A DNA stretch of 64,000 bases from Flavobacteriaceae bacterium (GTDB lineage: Bacteria > Bacteroidota > Bacteroidia > Flavobacteriales > Flavobacteriaceae), in the NCBI GenBank assembly GCA_016779985.1, contig JADHMP010000010.1, positions 15,481-79,480 on the forward strand. Reading direction: 5' to 3'. Below the pieces are notes generated by a model. It was not told the DNA's origin and ran no database searches. It saw only the letters and a list, made by a program, of their open reading frames with translations. Below, in pieces: positions 29,522-38,906 of the stretch. How positions within the stretch are numbered: the first letter of the stretch is position 1; each line of letters starts with the position of its first letter. The translations under genes were made by a program, and so were the position numbers.

Positions 29522-30742
29522 ATGAAAAATCGATTTATTTTATTATTCAGCCTTGTGCTTAGTTTAGGCTTTGGACAAAAAAAAGAATACCGTTCAGCCT
29601 TAAAGAAATTTAATGGTGGAGACGTTGATGGTGCTGCCCAAATGTTGGCAGACAATGCTCAAATTCTCAGCAGTGCAGATGCTAAGTTAGCTCCCTCCAT
29701 TACATTTTTAGAGGGTAAAATTGCTGCTGCTAAAGAAGAGTTTGAACAAGCAAAAGCGAAATTTGATGAGGCTAAAACACAGGGGGTTAGCTCCTCTGAA
29801 GTTGATGTTGAACTTGAAAAGCTAGTGGCATCCCTAATTAATTCAGCGATAGCAGACAATGAAGCTAAGGCATTTATTGAAGGTGCCGCTAAACTCTTTA
29901 TGGCTTATCAGATCAAACCAGAAGTCAATCAAGACTATCTTTATTACGCTGCATCAGGTGCTGTTAATGCTCAAAATTTTGATCTTGCTTTGGCTTACTA
30001 CGAAGAGCTAAAAAATATCAAATATGAAGGGATCACCACAAATTATTATGCTACTGAAGTGGCATCAGGAAATGAAATAAGTGTGAGTGAAACAGAATAT
30101 GAACTTTACAAGAAGTCAAAAGATTATACTAATCTAAGAGAAGAGCAAACAGAATCTAAATTTCCTGAAGTTGTAAAAAACATAGCTTTAATATATGCTG
30201 AGCAAGGAGATAATGAAAAGGCCATGGCAGCAGTTCAAGAGGCAAGAAAGAGCAATCCAGATGACTTAAATTTGATTTTGACAGAAGCCAATATATACAT
30301 TCAGCTTGATGAGAAAGAAAAATTTCAAGAATTGATAAAGGAAGCTCTGGAACAGGACCCAAATAATGCACTTCTTTATTTTAATTTAGGAGTGGTCAGT
30401 TCTGATTTAGGAGATAACATGGCTGCTAGAGGATATTATGAAAAAGCTATTGAAATCGATTCTACCTATGAAGCGGCATATCTCAATCTAGTTTCATTAA
30501 TTCTTAATGGTGAGTCTACCATTGTAGATGAAATGAATTCTTTAGGAAATTCACGTGCAGACAACGCTCGCTATGATGAGTTGAAATTAAAACGTGAAGA
30601 TTTATATAGGGAATGTATACCCATTCTAAAAGGTTTGGTTGAACTCAACCAAAACGAAGAGGCAATAAAAACATTAATGAATATTTATGGCACCCTTGGT
30701 GATAATGAAGGTTTTAAAGAAATGAAAGCCCTTCTAGAATAG
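29522..30742 (+). CDS. Tetratricopeptide-repeat protein with signal peptide
   Basis: 406 aa with repeated TPR-like A/Y/L patterns (ALAYYEELK, ARGYYEKAIEIDSTYEAAYLNL). Follows gyrA, as is common in flavobacteria. Confidence 0.7.
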   Translation: MKNRFILLFSLVLSLGFGQKKEYRSALKKFNGGDVDGAAQMLADNAQILSSADAKLAPSITFLEGKIAAAKEEFEQAKAKFDEAKTQGVSSSEVDVELEKLVASLINSAIADNEAKAFIEGAAKLFMAYQIKPEVNQDYLYYAASGAVNAQNFDLALAYYEELKNIKYEGITTNYYATEVASGNEISVSETEYELYKKSKDYTNLREEQTESKFPEVVKNIALIYAEQGDNEKAMAAVQEARKSNPDDLNLILTEANIYIQLDEKEKFQELIKEALEQDPNNALLYFNLGVVSSDLGDNMAARGYYEKAIEIDSTYEAAYLNLVSLILNGESTIVDEMNSLGNSRADNARYDELKLKREDLYRECIPILKGLVELNQNEEAIKTLMNIYGTLGDNEGFKEMKALLE

Positions 30743-30764
30743 TTTGCCTTATTTTGAATACTCA

Positions 30765-30788
30765 CCCCGCTCTAAAGCGGGGTTTTTT
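30765..30788. terminator. Bidirectional hairpin terminator between convergent TPR and NlpC/P60 genes
   Basis: CCCCGC (30765-30770) pairs with GCGGGG (30777-30782), followed by a T6 run. The upstream side is A-poor, so it mainly serves the + strand. Confidence 0.7.
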
Positions 30789-31530
30789 ATACAACCCTTT
30801 TGATTAGTCGAAGTTTATGGGAATGCATATTGCTGTGGCTATTAAAAATACCCGTTTGATCAATTCGATCAACCCGAACAGTACCATGGGCATGAATTAT
30901 ATGGTGATTTTTCAACAGTATGCCTACATGAATAATTTCTCCTTGTTCATTATCAAAAAAAGCCAAATCTCCTGGCTCACTCTCATCAATAAAACTTAGG
31001 CTAGCTCCAATTTCTGCTTGTTGATGCGCATCTCTTGGCAGGTTGATACCATACAATCTATAAACCATTTGAACCAAACCAGAACAATCAATACCAAAAG
31101 GTGTTTTGCCACCCCAAAGATAAGGGGCATTTCTAAAAAGATGTGCAAAATCACAAAGCATGGTTTTATTTTTCTTTTTGGGAACAACCTGGCCATCAAA
31201 CTCATCTCCAAAAAAATCAGAAACACCAACATTACTTCCAATTACCACAGGTTTTAGCCCATTTTGAGATACAACATAATGAACCATATCAAAAGTTAAG
31301 GTTGGATTTTTATTTAGTGTAATAGCCTTTTTTTCAGAAATTTCTCGTTGTTGTTTTTCTTCAATCCACCCTTCATAGTGGTCCAATAGTCCTGAAACGT
31401 ATAACCAATTGTCTTTCTTTTTGATGATTTTAAAACTATCACCATATAAAAACTGAGAAACAAGTTCACTTTTGTGGTCTTTCTCTTTTCTAAGGGGGAT
31501 AATGCTTAAATGGCAACAACCGTAATTCAA
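30787..31530 (-). CDS. C40 (NlpC/P60) family peptidoglycan peptidase with N-terminal SH3-like region
   Basis: 247 aa with the catalytic Cys motif WGGKTPFGIDCSGLVQMVY and a downstream His (IIHVGIL). TTG start. Confidence 0.8.
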   Translation of the reverse strand: MNYGCCHLSIIPLRKEKDHKSELVSQFLYGDSFKIIKKKDNWLYVSGLLDHYEGWIEEKQQREISEKKAITLNKNPTLTFDMVHYVVSQNGLKPVVIGSNVGVSDFFGDEFDGQVVPKKKNKTMLCDFAHLFRNAPYLWGGKTPFGIDCSGLVQMVYRLYGINLPRDAHQQAEIGASLSFIDESEPGDLAFFDNEQGEIIHVGILLKNHHIIHAHGTVRVDRIDQTGIFNSHSNMHSHKLRLIKRVV

Positions 31531-31717
31531 ATAGTGTTTTTTAATTCATTTTAACAAAAATAATCAATTTATGACCACATAGTTAGTGAATTAGGTTAAA
31601 GCAAAAAGGCATTATGCTTATTTTAGCTTAATAAAAACAAAGCGTTTCATTCTGATTGATTTTTTAAAAAAATATAAAACTCAAATTGGTAGATGGATTC
31701 TAGTATTAGGCGTCTCT

Positions 31718-33688
31718 TTGTCCATCCTCTATCTCTTTCCAAAAAGTGGACAATTTAGGTATGAATATCAAAAAGGGCGTGTTTGGCAATACCCAAGCTT
31801 GTATGCCCCTTTTGATTTTTCTATTTTAAAAAGTGTTGAAGATTTAGAAGTTGAACAGAATAAAATTAAGAATTCTTTATATCCTTATTTCCGTGTAGAT
31901 TTAAAAATAAAGGATAGTGTTTTTGCTAATTATGAAGTTTTATTTTTTAATCATTTTTCTATTGACGATTCGATTGTTAGCTCTCAAAACCTTTATAACA
32001 AAGGGAAATTAATTCTAAATGACATTTATCAATTTGGAGTGCTGCCACCCAATAATTCAACATCTTTAGATTCACTTTATCTCATTCAAAACAATCAAGA
32101 AATTCCGCTTTCTTATGATGATTTGTTTGATTTAAAAACGGTAGAGTCTTTTGTTTCTAAAAAAATAAAAGAAAATTCTCTTGAAACATATATTAAACCT
32201 TTTGGAGATTTATTTTTTGATCTAATCAGCCCTAATATTTTTTATGATGAACGATTTACAATAGAGGCAGAAAAACAAGCACTTCAACAAATTTCAAAGG
32301 CACGTGATTTTAAAATTAGAGGCGAGCTGATCATTGCTGAAGGTCAGGTCATTGACGAGGAACACATTACTATTTTAGATTCTCTGCGCTACGCTTATTC
32401 TCTTCAAAGAGAAGAAAATAATGCCTCACTTTGGATTATCATTGGGTATGGCGTTTTGATAATCATTATTTTTTCACTGCTATTAATGTTTTTGAAAAAA
32501 TACAGACCTGAGATTTATTCAAGCAATAAGCAACTGAGTTTTATTTTATTTAATGTTCTTTTAATTATTGCCCTAACCACATTATTAATAGATTTTAATG
32601 TAGCCTATATTTTTTGTGTTCCATTTTGCATTTTGCCTCTTATCATAAAATCATTTTTTGACGCTCGATTAGGGCTTTTCACTCATGTGTTGATGATTTT
32701 GCTCATTGGCTTTATTATTCCCAATGCCTTTGAATTTATTTTCCTCCAAGTTGTGGCTGGGATTGTCACTTTACAAACAACAAATCAATTGCATAAGCGT
32801 GCTAATTTATTTTTTTCTGTTGGTCAAATTGTATTGGTCTATATTTTAGCATTTGTTGCCTTCACCCTTATTCAAGAAGGGAGTTTTTGGGAAATTGATA
32901 TAAGGGTTATTGGCCTTTTATTACTTAATGGTTTGCTCACATTATTTGTGCAGCCGCTGATTTATATTTTTGAAAAATTGTTTGGCCTCACTTCTGATGT
33001 GTCTCTTTTAGAGCTTACAGACACAAATTCTACTCTATTAAAAAAATTAGCAGATCAGGCTCCTGGCACTTTTCACCATGCTTTGCAAGTGGCAAATTTA
33101 TCTGAAGCAGCTGCTAACGAAATAGGAGCTAATGCACTGTTGGTTCGTGTTGGTGCACTTTATCATGACATCGGAAAGATGAAAAATCCAAATTATTTCT
33201 CAGAAAATCAAACGGCTAAGATTTCTCCACACGATGAAATTGCACCAGAAGAAAGTGCAGCAATTATTATTGATCATGTTTATCAAGGTATTGAAATAGC
33301 CAAAAAATTTAAATTGCCTGAGCGAGTGATTGATTTTATCAAAACCCATCACGGAACAACAACAGTTTATTATTTTCTAAAAAAAGCTGAAGAAGCATCG
33401 AAAACCCCTCCTGAGGTGGCTAAATTTACTTATCCAGGCCCCAAACCCTTTTCAAAAGAAACAGCTCTTTTGATGATGGCAGATGCCGTTGAGGCGGCAT
33501 CAAAAAGTCTGCGTAACCCCGATGTTGAAAAAATAAAACTATTTGTTGAGCGAATCATATCTGGTCAAATGGAACAACAACAATTTCATGAATCTGACAT
33601 CACATTAGCAGAAATTGAAACAGTAAAAGAGGTCTTGTTTAAGAAATTAATAAACATCTATCAACTAAGGATAGAATATCCAAAATAA
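31718..33688 (+). CDS. 7TM-receptor-type HDIG domain phosphohydrolase (start codon unresolved; frame is open from 31595)
   Basis: Extracellular N-domain, about 7 hydrophobic helices, then an HD domain (HHALQVANLSEAAA, LYHDIGK, THHGT). See the finding on the start codon. Confidence 0.8.
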   Translation: MSILYLFPKSGQFRYEYQKGRVWQYPSLYAPFDFSILKSVEDLEVEQNKIKNSLYPYFRVDLKIKDSVFANYEVLFFNHFSIDDSIVSSQNLYNKGKLILNDIYQFGVLPPNNSTSLDSLYLIQNNQEIPLSYDDLFDLKTVESFVSKKIKENSLETYIKPFGDLFFDLISPNIFYDERFTIEAEKQALQQISKARDFKIRGELIIAEGQVIDEEHITILDSLRYAYSLQREENNASLWIIIGYGVLIIIIFSLLLMFLKKYRPEIYSSNKQLSFILFNVLLIIALTTLLIDFNVAYIFCVPFCILPLIIKSFFDARLGLFTHVLMILLIGFIIPNAFEFIFLQVVAGIVTLQTTNQLHKRANLFFSVGQIVLVYILAFVAFTLIQEGSFWEIDIRVIGLLLLNGLLTLFVQPLIYIFEKLFGLTSDVSLLELTDTNSTLLKKLADQAPGTFHHALQVANLSEAAANEIGANALLVRVGALYHDIGKMKNPNYFSENQTAKISPHDEIAPEESAAIIIDHVYQGIEIAKKFKLPERVIDFIKTHHGTTTVYYFLKKAEEASKTPPEVAKFTYPGPKPFSKETALLMMADAVEAASKSLRNPDVEKIKLFVERIISGQMEQQQFHESDITLAEIETVKEVLFKKLINIYQLRIEYPK

Positions 33689-33732
33689 ATATTGTTTTTT
33701 TAAACGGATAATTTACTTTTGCTTACCCTTTA

Positions 33733-33816
33733 GGAGAGGTGCCAGAGTGGTAATGGAGCAGATTGCTAATCTGTCAACGTGAAACCGTTGCCAGGGTTCG
33801 AATCCCTGTCTCTCCG
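33733..33816 (+). tRNA. tRNA-Ser (anticodon GCT)
   Basis: Cloverleaf by hand: acceptor GGAGAGG/TCTCTCC, anticodon loop TTGCTAA, long variable arm CAACGTGAAACCGTTGC and T-arm CAGGGTTCGAATCCCTG. No encoded CCA. Confidence 0.92.
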
Positions 33817-33820
33817 CTGA

Positions 33821-33858
33821 ATACTCTGTAAAGTATTGATTTACAGAGTATTTTTTTT
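33821..33858 (+). terminator. Rho-independent terminator after tRNA-Ser
   Basis: A 12-bp stem ATACTCTGTAAA / TTTACAGAGTAT with a 7-nt loop, followed by a T8 run. Confidence 0.85.
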
Positions 33859-34092
33859 AAAGGGGGATGTATAGGGGAATGTTTTACCCCCATTTAAGCC
33901 TTGTCCTTGTTTTTTCACATCATAACCTTTTTAGCTCTTCGTTAAGCGTTTTCTTGTTGATTATGTAGCTCAAAAAATCATTAATCACAAATCAAACTTT
34001 TTAAGACAAAATGCAAACTATGATCCGCAAATAAAATCATACATTGGAAAAATAAATTGATTTTTATGAAAAAAAACTTTGCATAATTTAAG

Positions 34093-35217
34093 ATGGGGAC
34101 TTCTAATCTTTTGGGTGTTTTTATAGCTCTTTCGGTATCCATTTTTGTAATGTATATAGCAAAGATCGAAAACAAGATTATTCAAAAAATAGTATATTGG
34201 TTACCCGCTATATTACTCACTTTTTTGATCCCTGGGCTATTATCCTTTCTGTTTAACTTATCCCTTGAAAACATTGTTTTGCACGATTGGAGTAAAACTT
34301 ATATTTATCCAATCACTATTTTTTGTATTATGAGTTCAATGTCTTTAGCCCAACTAAAAATTGTTGGCCTAAAACCGCTGTTGCTTTTTTTTATTGGCTC
34401 TTTTACCATTGCGATAGTACCTGCTATTCTAGTAATGCCCTACTTCAGTGGCAGTGAGCAAATGATAGATTTATATAAAGGGATTATTCCCATTGTTGGA
34501 AGTTGGATAGGAGGGAGCTCAAGCATGTTAGTACTTAAAGAATACGTTTCTGTGAGGGAGGATCTTTTTCTTTCTGTTCTTCTTCTAGATAACATGATTC
34601 AGAACATAGTGATGATTTTATTGTTTCAAATCATCCGAAGGACTGATTATTTTAACAGAAAATTTAACATTGGTCAGTCACATGAGTTCAAAAAGAATGA
34701 TTCAAAGATTGATACAGGGTCAAAAAATCAATCTTTGTCTGTGTTGATCTCAATTGCTGTAACTACTTCCGTTATTCTTCTTAATTTTAGTTTTATCACC
34801 AATGTTGTACTACTTTCAATTCTAGGATTGTTTATTGGAAATAGCTTAAAATTTTGGTCTTTTGGGATAAATCTAAAAATAGGCTCTGTTGGAATAATTG
34901 TAATTATGTCAATACTGGGGCTCAAACTTAAATTTAATGATTTTGGGTTGCCTTGGATCCTTATTCTATTTATGATCAACTGGATGATTATCAATTTAGT
35001 TGTTATTGCATATTTCAATTATAAACTTAAAATATCTATGGCTTGGGGTCCAATTGCGATGATGGCCAATATTGGAGGAATCTCTACTTCGCCAGCCTTG
35101 GCCTCAGCGTATAATGAAAAATTGATGCCTCATTCTGTTGTTTTAGCTATTCTAAGTATGGCTACAGGCACTTTTTGGGGGTTTTTAACAATCTTTTTGA
35201 TTGAATTGCAACTCTAA
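34093..35217 (+). CDS. Polytopic membrane protein, DUF819-like
   Basis: 374 aa with about 10 hydrophobic segments and a VGSWIGGSSSM motif that I associate with the DUF819/YjcL family. Family call is tentative. Confidence 0.55.
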   Translation: MGTSNLLGVFIALSVSIFVMYIAKIENKIIQKIVYWLPAILLTFLIPGLLSFLFNLSLENIVLHDWSKTYIYPITIFCIMSSMSLAQLKIVGLKPLLLFFIGSFTIAIVPAILVMPYFSGSEQMIDLYKGIIPIVGSWIGGSSSMLVLKEYVSVREDLFLSVLLLDNMIQNIVMILLFQIIRRTDYFNRKFNIGQSHEFKKNDSKIDTGSKNQSLSVLISIAVTTSVILLNFSFITNVVLLSILGLFIGNSLKFWSFGINLKIGSVGIIVIMSILGLKLKFNDFGLPWILILFMINWMIINLVVIAYFNYKLKISMAWGPIAMMANIGGISTSPALASAYNEKLMPHSVVLAILSMATGTFWGFLTIFLIELQL

Positions 35218-35374
35218 ATTAGGAATTGTTGAATAAATAATTTCTTTTCTTTTGAGATCTGATGTTATGTTTTGATTTGTGAGCCATTATGTTTATTTTC
35301 AAATATTAAAACCATAAATCAGTTAAAATGATACACAATAAACGCACTTTTTCAACTATCCCAAATTGTATTTT

Positions 35375-36784
35375 ATGAAGAATCAAAATGGTCTCAAAAA
35401 GGGATATAGAGAACGATTAGATATTGCCACAGAAAAGATAATCAATAACACGGAGTGCCCTATTCCAGGGTTAGTAGTTTTTGCTAAACGAGGAAGTGAT
35501 ACATATCATAAAGCTTTTGGCTTAGCCGATAAGGAGAAACAATTACCAATGAAACCAGATGCTCAATTTCGCTGCTTTTCTATGACTAAAGTGTTTGCAT
35601 CTACAATAGCATTAATGCTAAAGGAACAAGGATTACTTGATTTAGAAGCACCTATTGGAACTTATTTGCCCTCTTTTAATAAGGAATTTGAAGTAATAAA
35701 GGAGCCAACTGAAAGAGAAACAGAGGTCAATCAAATACCTTACACTTCTTTTATGTCGGGGAAAACCACAAATCTTTCGTACAGCAAGAGCGTAGCAAAA
35801 AATGAAATTTTAGTTAAGCATTGTTTGGCTGAATCGGCAGGCATTGGATATGATATGTGGACCGATTTTGATTTGGCTTTTAACCAACCCATATTTGGAC
35901 ACCAATTTGGTGTAGTTCAGGCTCTTAGACGAAAAAAGGGTATTGGATATTACAGCTCAAATTCAATTATTGGACAAAATTCTACACTTAAAGAATATTG
36001 TGATGCCATCGCTTCAGCAGGTTATTTGGTGAGTGAGCCTGGTACATTTTCATATGGTCTTGGAGCCCTTTTATTGGGAAGAATAATTGAGGTCGTTTGG
36101 GAAAAAAAGGTGGGAAGATTTATTCGCTTTTCAGAAATATGTAATCAGAAATTATTTAAACCTCTCGATATGACTAGTGCGGCATTCTTTTTAGACGATG
36201 GGGATCCACGTATTTCAAAAATCCCCCAATTATATGGAGCATTTGCTAATGATACCTCTGGTGGAAAATTAGAAGTGATGCCCTATATAGATTGTTTGCC
36301 AAACATTGATAGCCTTCCAAATACGGTAACTACTGATCAGTACCAAGGATTTAGAAAGTGCGAAAGTGGAGATACTGGCTCTTGTATGACTGTTGATGAT
36401 TACGCTAAGTTTTATGAAATGTTACTTGCTAATGGACATGCTGCTGATGGTACAAAAATTTTAGAACCTCAATCAGTTAAAGAATTGACATATGGCGAAT
36501 TTTCAGGTATTAACCGCCAGTCTAAATTAGCTCAAGCATTTGGTCTAACAGGGGAGCGAGCCTCTTTTAATTACGGGTGGGCTGTAGAACCAAAGACAGA
36601 TAAATTACCACATTGTAATCAGTGGTCTGGTTATGCCAACAATCATGGGAGATTATACATAGAGGAGGATGCTTATATCTTAATATTTCCACAATTTATG
36701 GCTTCAACACCAGCTGGTTTTCCTGTTGGAGATCCAATGATAAAAGAGCCTCTAGTGGCCGCTTTTCTCTCAGAGTGGTGTTAA
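35375..36784 (+). CDS. Serine hydrolase, beta-lactamase/esterase (class C-like) fold
   Basis: SxxK motif (FSMTKVF) about 70 aa from the N-terminus, about 470 aa long, with no obvious signal peptide. The ATG at 35375 is preferred to the TTG at 35366. Confidence 0.7.
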   Translation: MKNQNGLKKGYRERLDIATEKIINNTECPIPGLVVFAKRGSDTYHKAFGLADKEKQLPMKPDAQFRCFSMTKVFASTIALMLKEQGLLDLEAPIGTYLPSFNKEFEVIKEPTERETEVNQIPYTSFMSGKTTNLSYSKSVAKNEILVKHCLAESAGIGYDMWTDFDLAFNQPIFGHQFGVVQALRRKKGIGYYSSNSIIGQNSTLKEYCDAIASAGYLVSEPGTFSYGLGALLLGRIIEVVWEKKVGRFIRFSEICNQKLFKPLDMTSAAFFLDDGDPRISKIPQLYGAFANDTSGGKLEVMPYIDCLPNIDSLPNTVTTDQYQGFRKCESGDTGSCMTVDDYAKFYEMLLANGHAADGTKILEPQSVKELTYGEFSGINRQSKLAQAFGLTGERASFNYGWAVEPKTDKLPHCNQWSGYANNHGRLYIEEDAYILIFPQFMASTPAGFPVGDPMIKEPLVAAFLSEWC

Positions 36785-36899
36785 GGAGTGCAACCTCATT
36801 TTATGTAATACTTTTATTTCCTAATAGATCCTATTACCAACTTTTAAGGGAATATTGTATAGAGTATTTTTGAGCAGGTGAAGAAAGTCAGTTTTTATC

Positions 36900-36976
36900 A
36901 AAAAACGCTAAAAAATGATCAAAAATTCTCAAAAATGACCAAAAAATGATATAAAAAGGGAAAAAATGATCAAAAA
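36900..36976 (+). repeat. Eight helically phased A5-6 tracts (predicted intrinsically curved DNA) carrying the AAATGAYCAAAAA motif
   Basis: A-tracts start at 36900, 36910, 36921, 36931, 36941, 36953, 36961 and 36972. Spacings are 10, 11, 10, 10, 12, 8 and 11 nt, mean 10.3 bp. Confidence 0.75.
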
Positions 36977-37387
36977 CATTGAGATTATATTTTTTAATGC
37001 CTTTATCAAATAAAACATCCACTCTAGTAGACGGTTTTTTGTTTTAATGCACTTTGGCTAAAGTTGTTTATGTCAGTGATCTTATTTTTCTTTTTTGGAG
37101 CATCATCAAGCAAAGTTTGAGTTGGTAACATTTAAAATTGTTTAGATTATTTTCTGTTTCTAATATAATTCAAACTTCCTTTTTTTGTAGAAATTTATTC
37201 TTCAAGCTATGCTCATAAATAGTCAACAAAGTCTACTTTGAATGACCAAAAATATTCTTATCAAACGCGGGTCTAATTATTCTTCTTTTTTTAGATCATC
37301 GAGAAGAAAAATAAGTAATTTAAGCAAACTTTTATTTTAGCAGATTCTTAAAAAGGAAATTATTCAACAACATACAACTCAATACAG

Positions 37388-38896
37388 ATGAATCCAAAAT
37401 ATTTTATTTCACTTATGCTGATAATTGTTTTTTCTTCATGTGAATCGGTTCATAAGAAGAAAAACTCAGGTTTAAACTTCATCATCTTTATTGCAGACGA
37501 TATAAGTTGGGATGATTTTGGTTGCTATGGAAATGAATTTGTGCAGACACCCAATATAGATCAATTAGCTACTGAAGGAATGATCTTTAAAAATATGTAT
37601 TTGACAACAAGTTCTTGTAGTCCAAGCAGAAACTCCATCATCACAGGAAGATATCCTCATAACACTGGTGCACCCGAACTGCATTCTGAGCCCCCTATGG
37701 AAATGAAAACCTTTATAAAAGAACTAAAAGACAACGGCTATTTTACTGTTTCATCTGGTAAATTTCATTTAGGGGAATATGCAAGGTCGAGTTTTGATAT
37801 AATTCATGAAAATAAAAATGAAACTGGACTAGGGGGAGAGTCCAAATGGGTGAGTACAATAGAAAACCGCCCTATGGACAAGCCTTTTTTTTTATGGTAT
37901 GCCTCTCACGATGCACATAGAGATTGGGAAAAAAATAAATTCACAGGCACTCATAACCCTAACACCATAGTCCCTCCAAATTATTTGGTGAATGATTTAC
38001 CCACAAGAAACGATTTATCCAATTATTTTGATGAAATAAAGCGATTTGATTTTTCTATAGGAAAGGTCATAGAAACCCTAAAAGAGCAAAAAGTTTATGA
38101 CAACACTATGATAATTGTTATGGCTGACAATGGGCGCCCCTTTCCCCACAGTAAAACAAGATTAAATGATCAAGGGATAAAAACGCCTTTTATTGTGTTC
38201 AACAATAAATTGAATGTGAAAGGAATAACAAAAAGTTTGGTCAGTTCAATAGACATAGCGCCTACTATTCTTGAGCTAGCTAACCAAAAAAAGGGTTCGA
38301 CCTATCAAGGTAGAAGTTTTAAAAAAATATTATTGAACCCTGATATACCATTTAGGAATTATGTTTTTGCTGAACATAATTGGCATGATTTCGAATCGTA
38401 TGAGCGAATGGTTAGAAGTGAGCAATTTATGTATATCGAAAATAAAAGAAACCAGTTTGCCCAGCGTGGACCCCTAGACGCAATAAATAGCGATTCCTAT
38501 GCGAGTCTTTTAGAGCAGCTTGACTCAGGAGGAATTTCAGAAATACAAAAGGAAATTTTTATTAGCCCCCGTGAAAAAGAAGAATTTTATGAAATAGACA
38601 AAGATATTTTTCAAAGGAAAAATCTCATTCATAATCAGTTCTATAGCAATGAAATTAATCAATTAAAGAACGTTTTAGCACAGTGGAAAAAAGAAACTGG
38701 AGATACTGAACCAAAACAAATAACCAAAGATTGGTATGAAAGAAGACCAGGGCCAAAAGCTAAAATAAAAGTGGTTGAAAATGACTTGCCAAAAGGAGGT
38801 AAATATTCATTGACGACCCCCTTTTATGGAAAAAGAGGCGAATTACCAGGCGCTTCGAAAAAGGCTACAAAAATAAACAACAAAGGCCCCTTTTAA
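37388..38896 (+). CDS. Formylglycine-dependent sulfatase (S1 family), lipoprotein
   Basis: 502 aa with lipobox VFSSC, IIFIADDISWDD and the active-site CSPSRNSIITGRYPH (Cys codon at 37616-37618). Confidence 0.88.
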   Translation: MNPKYFISLMLIIVFSSCESVHKKKNSGLNFIIFIADDISWDDFGCYGNEFVQTPNIDQLATEGMIFKNMYLTTSSCSPSRNSIITGRYPHNTGAPELHSEPPMEMKTFIKELKDNGYFTVSSGKFHLGEYARSSFDIIHENKNETGLGGESKWVSTIENRPMDKPFFLWYASHDAHRDWEKNKFTGTHNPNTIVPPNYLVNDLPTRNDLSNYFDEIKRFDFSIGKVIETLKEQKVYDNTMIIVMADNGRPFPHSKTRLNDQGIKTPFIVFNNKLNVKGITKSLVSSIDIAPTILELANQKKGSTYQGRSFKKILLNPDIPFRNYVFAEHNWHDFESYERMVRSEQFMYIENKRNQFAQRGPLDAINSDSYASLLEQLDSGGISEIQKEIFISPREKEEFYEIDKDIFQRKNLIHNQFYSNEINQLKNVLAQWKKETGDTEPKQITKDWYERRPGPKAKIKVVENDLPKGGKYSLTTPFYGKRGELPGASKKATKINNKGPF

Positions 38897-38906
38897 TTTT
38901 GACTAA

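Noticed and set aside
37030-37132. 35-aa minus-strand ORF (MLPTQTLLDDAPKKKNKITDINNFSQSALKQKTVY) as a possible remnant of a regulator or transposase N-terminus.
   Set aside because: It is too short and I recognise no family signature. A blastx search would be needed to decide.
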